A stretch of DNA of 7,683 bases from Naegleria gruberi (lineage: Eukaryota), in the NCBI GenBank assembly GCA_000004985.1, contig GG739119.1; one strand, 5' to 3'. Positions 6,720 to 7,683 of this stretch are shown one piece after another; the first letter of the stretch is position 1; each line of letters opens with the position of its first letter. The translations under genes and the position numbers were made by a program. The notes below the pieces were generated by a model, which was not told the DNA's origin, ran no database searches, and saw nothing but the letters and a program-made list of their open reading frames with translations.

Positions 6720-7676
6720 ATGTCTCCACATCATCTATTAATTCTGCTCTTGCTCATTTTCTTGCTGGTTGGCATTCAAATCCAACACACAAACCAGCAG
6801 GAAATTAAATTTATCAGAAAATCATCACTGATACATCAGGAAATATCATCAGATCAATGGAAACAATCATCTATAGATGATGATCAAGCCTATTTAATGG
6901 AAGAAATAGATTGGACACTCTCCGATCACTATTTTACACATTGTTGGAATACCACTCGATTAATGAGAGATGATTTGTATTATGATAGGATGTTTACGAT
7001 GGGAGAGGAGATTCCATCTTCATTCGGATGTACTTCTATTCGATTACCAACTGTTTATGAATATTATCCATATAATAGGAAATCAATTTATAATTCAGAA
7101 TTGAGAAATATTGGATTGGAGGATGAGGCATTATGTTCGAGAGTTGCTGATTGGGAACGAAATTTAAATGTGAGCTGTCAGACATTATTATGTGAAATGG
7201 ATGGGAAAAGTGAAGGATATTCAGATTTGAATGCAATGATTAGACAAAGAACTGATTCAAAGACCAGAATTGAAGATTGGGTTAATTATTGTCAATATTG
7301 TAAAGTGGATAATTTGAGGAAATATAGGGAAGAAAAGAAATGTAATCCCAAAGATGAAACTGCCAATTTTTTAATTAGAAAGTTTCCAAACTCTGCATTC
7401 TTTTGTGGATTTCACCAATTTGGAATACCCTTCATTATTAATACGTCGAGAATTGTTGATTTATCAGTGCCTCTGGAACATACTGATTTTTCATTCATTT
7501 GCTATTGTAGAGAGAGCCAGGCCTTTCACTTTAAATGTCCAGATGTGACAACTGAATTCGAGTTGAAAACTGAATATTTTGCATTTTTACTCACAATATT
7601 TAACAGTGTTTCGATAATATCTACGTTAGTATTACCAAAAGGATTTTCAATGATTAAGGATCGCAAAATTAATTGA
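6720..7676 (+). CDS. Intronless gene for a secreted or type I membrane, cysteine-rich protein of 318 aa. It has an N-terminal signal peptide, 12 Cys, three N-glycosylation sequons and a C-terminal transmembrane segment with a short basic tail. The family is not recognised.
   Basis: Start context ctcaaaaaATGtct. This ATG is the first in frame after an upstream TGA at 6696-6698. The 319-codon ORF ends with TGA at 7674-7676. The N-terminus MSPHHLLILLLLIFLLVGIQ is a classic signal peptide (h-region L/I/F-rich). Cysteines occur in motifs HCW, GCTS, LCSR, SCQTLLCEMDG, NYCQYCK, KKCNPK, FFCGFH, ICYCRE and FKCPDV. Sequons are NTT, NVS and NTS. The C-terminal hydrophobic stretch FAFLLTIFNSVSIISTLVL is followed by PKGFSMIKDRKIN. 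The amino-acid composition is protein-like (W, Y, D, E, C distributed). Codon usage is TTA-, AGA- and ATA-rich. Confidence 0.7.
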   Translation: MSPHHLLILLLLIFLLVGIQIQHTNQQEIKFIRKSSLIHQEISSDQWKQSSIDDDQAYLMEEIDWTLSDHYFTHCWNTTRLMRDDLYYDRMFTMGEEIPSSFGCTSIRLPTVYEYYPYNRKSIYNSELRNIGLEDEALCSRVADWERNLNVSCQTLLCEMDGKSEGYSDLNAMIRQRTDSKTRIEDWVNYCQYCKVDNLRKYREEKKCNPKDETANFLIRKFPNSAFFCGFHQFGIPFIINTSRIVDLSVPLEHTDFSFICYCRESQAFHFKCPDVTTEFELKTEYFAFLLTIFNSVSIISTLVLPKGFSMIKDRKIN

Positions 7677-7683
7677 ACATGTG

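Noticed and set aside
6600-6760. Possibility of a complete tRNA gene, a permuted or split tRNA, or an LTR-retrotransposon primer-binding site
   Set aside because: No 5' acceptor strand (GCGTCGA) or D-arm is present on either side, so it is neither an intact nor a permuted gene. The readable window is limited, so a distant 5' half cannot be fully excluded. A PBS would be complementary to the tRNA 3' end including CCA (TGG immediately 5' of the match on the + strand), but the flanking bases are GA. The match also extends through the whole T-arm, longer than typical PBSs.
6547-7236. Minus-strand ORFs 6547..6729 (60 aa) and 7036..7236 (66 aa)
   Set aside because: They are short. The first lies in the 3' and intergenic region and overlaps the tRNA-like fragment. 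The second is antisense inside the well-supported 6720-7676 CDS. There is no supporting signal for either.
6160-7676. Ciliate-type genetic code (TAA/TAG as Gln), because both visible stops are TGA
   Set aside because: Only two stops are observed. Q residues in the 6720 gene are encoded by CAA/CAG, and no in-frame TAA/TAG occurs in 318 codons. A Q-reassigned, AT-rich genome would be expected to show some. The standard code is adequate.
1-7683. CRISPR arrays, prokaryotic defence or toxin-antitoxin systems, integrons or phage modules
   Set aside because: No spaced direct repeats, ribosome-binding sites or operon-like gene packing are present. Sequence features are eukaryotic: Kozak-like starts, a 1 kb ORF-free upstream region, and a Pol III-type tRNA fragment with a T-run terminator. 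I therefore found no evidence for such a system in the readable 39% of the window.

Overview
This window looks eukaryotic rather than prokaryotic or phage. Evidence: no Shine-Dalgarno motifs, A-rich Kozak-like contexts (cacaataaaATGgtc, ctcaaaaaATGtct), a roughly 1 kb ORF-free upstream region, a low-complexity K/E-rich protein, and a TATATA element in a 3' region. Codon usage (TTA/TTG Leu, AGA Arg, CCA Pro, GCT Ala, GTT Val, ATA Ile), the AAAAATGTCT start context and the apparent lack of introns suggest a budding-yeast-like fungus or another AT-rich compact eukaryote. I cannot identify the organism from sequence alone. About 61% of the window (1475-6157) is an N run, so most of it cannot be interpreted. 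Supportable features are as follows. (1) Positions 1-989 are a promoter-like region with a CACGTG E-box and a 22-nt direct repeat. (2) A +strand gene starts at 990 and encodes a K/E/T/V-rich repetitive N-terminus that runs into the gap. (3) A 105-codon +strand C-terminal coding fragment leaves the gap and stops at 6474 (TGA). It may belong to the same gene as the 990 start. (4) A short 3' and intergenic region contains a TATATA element. (5) A minus-strand tRNA 3'-half-like fragment at 6680-6709 has a perfect T-arm and 3' acceptor strand with discriminator but no 5' half. It sits 10 nt upstream of the next start codon. (6) An intronless +strand gene at 6720-7676 encodes a 318-aa signal-peptide-bearing, 12-cysteine protein with a C-terminal transmembrane segment. 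I see no CRISPR array, defence-system architecture or mobile element in the readable sequence. The interesting points are the gap falling inside a repetitive coding region, the orphan tRNA half and the unclassified Cys-rich membrane protein.
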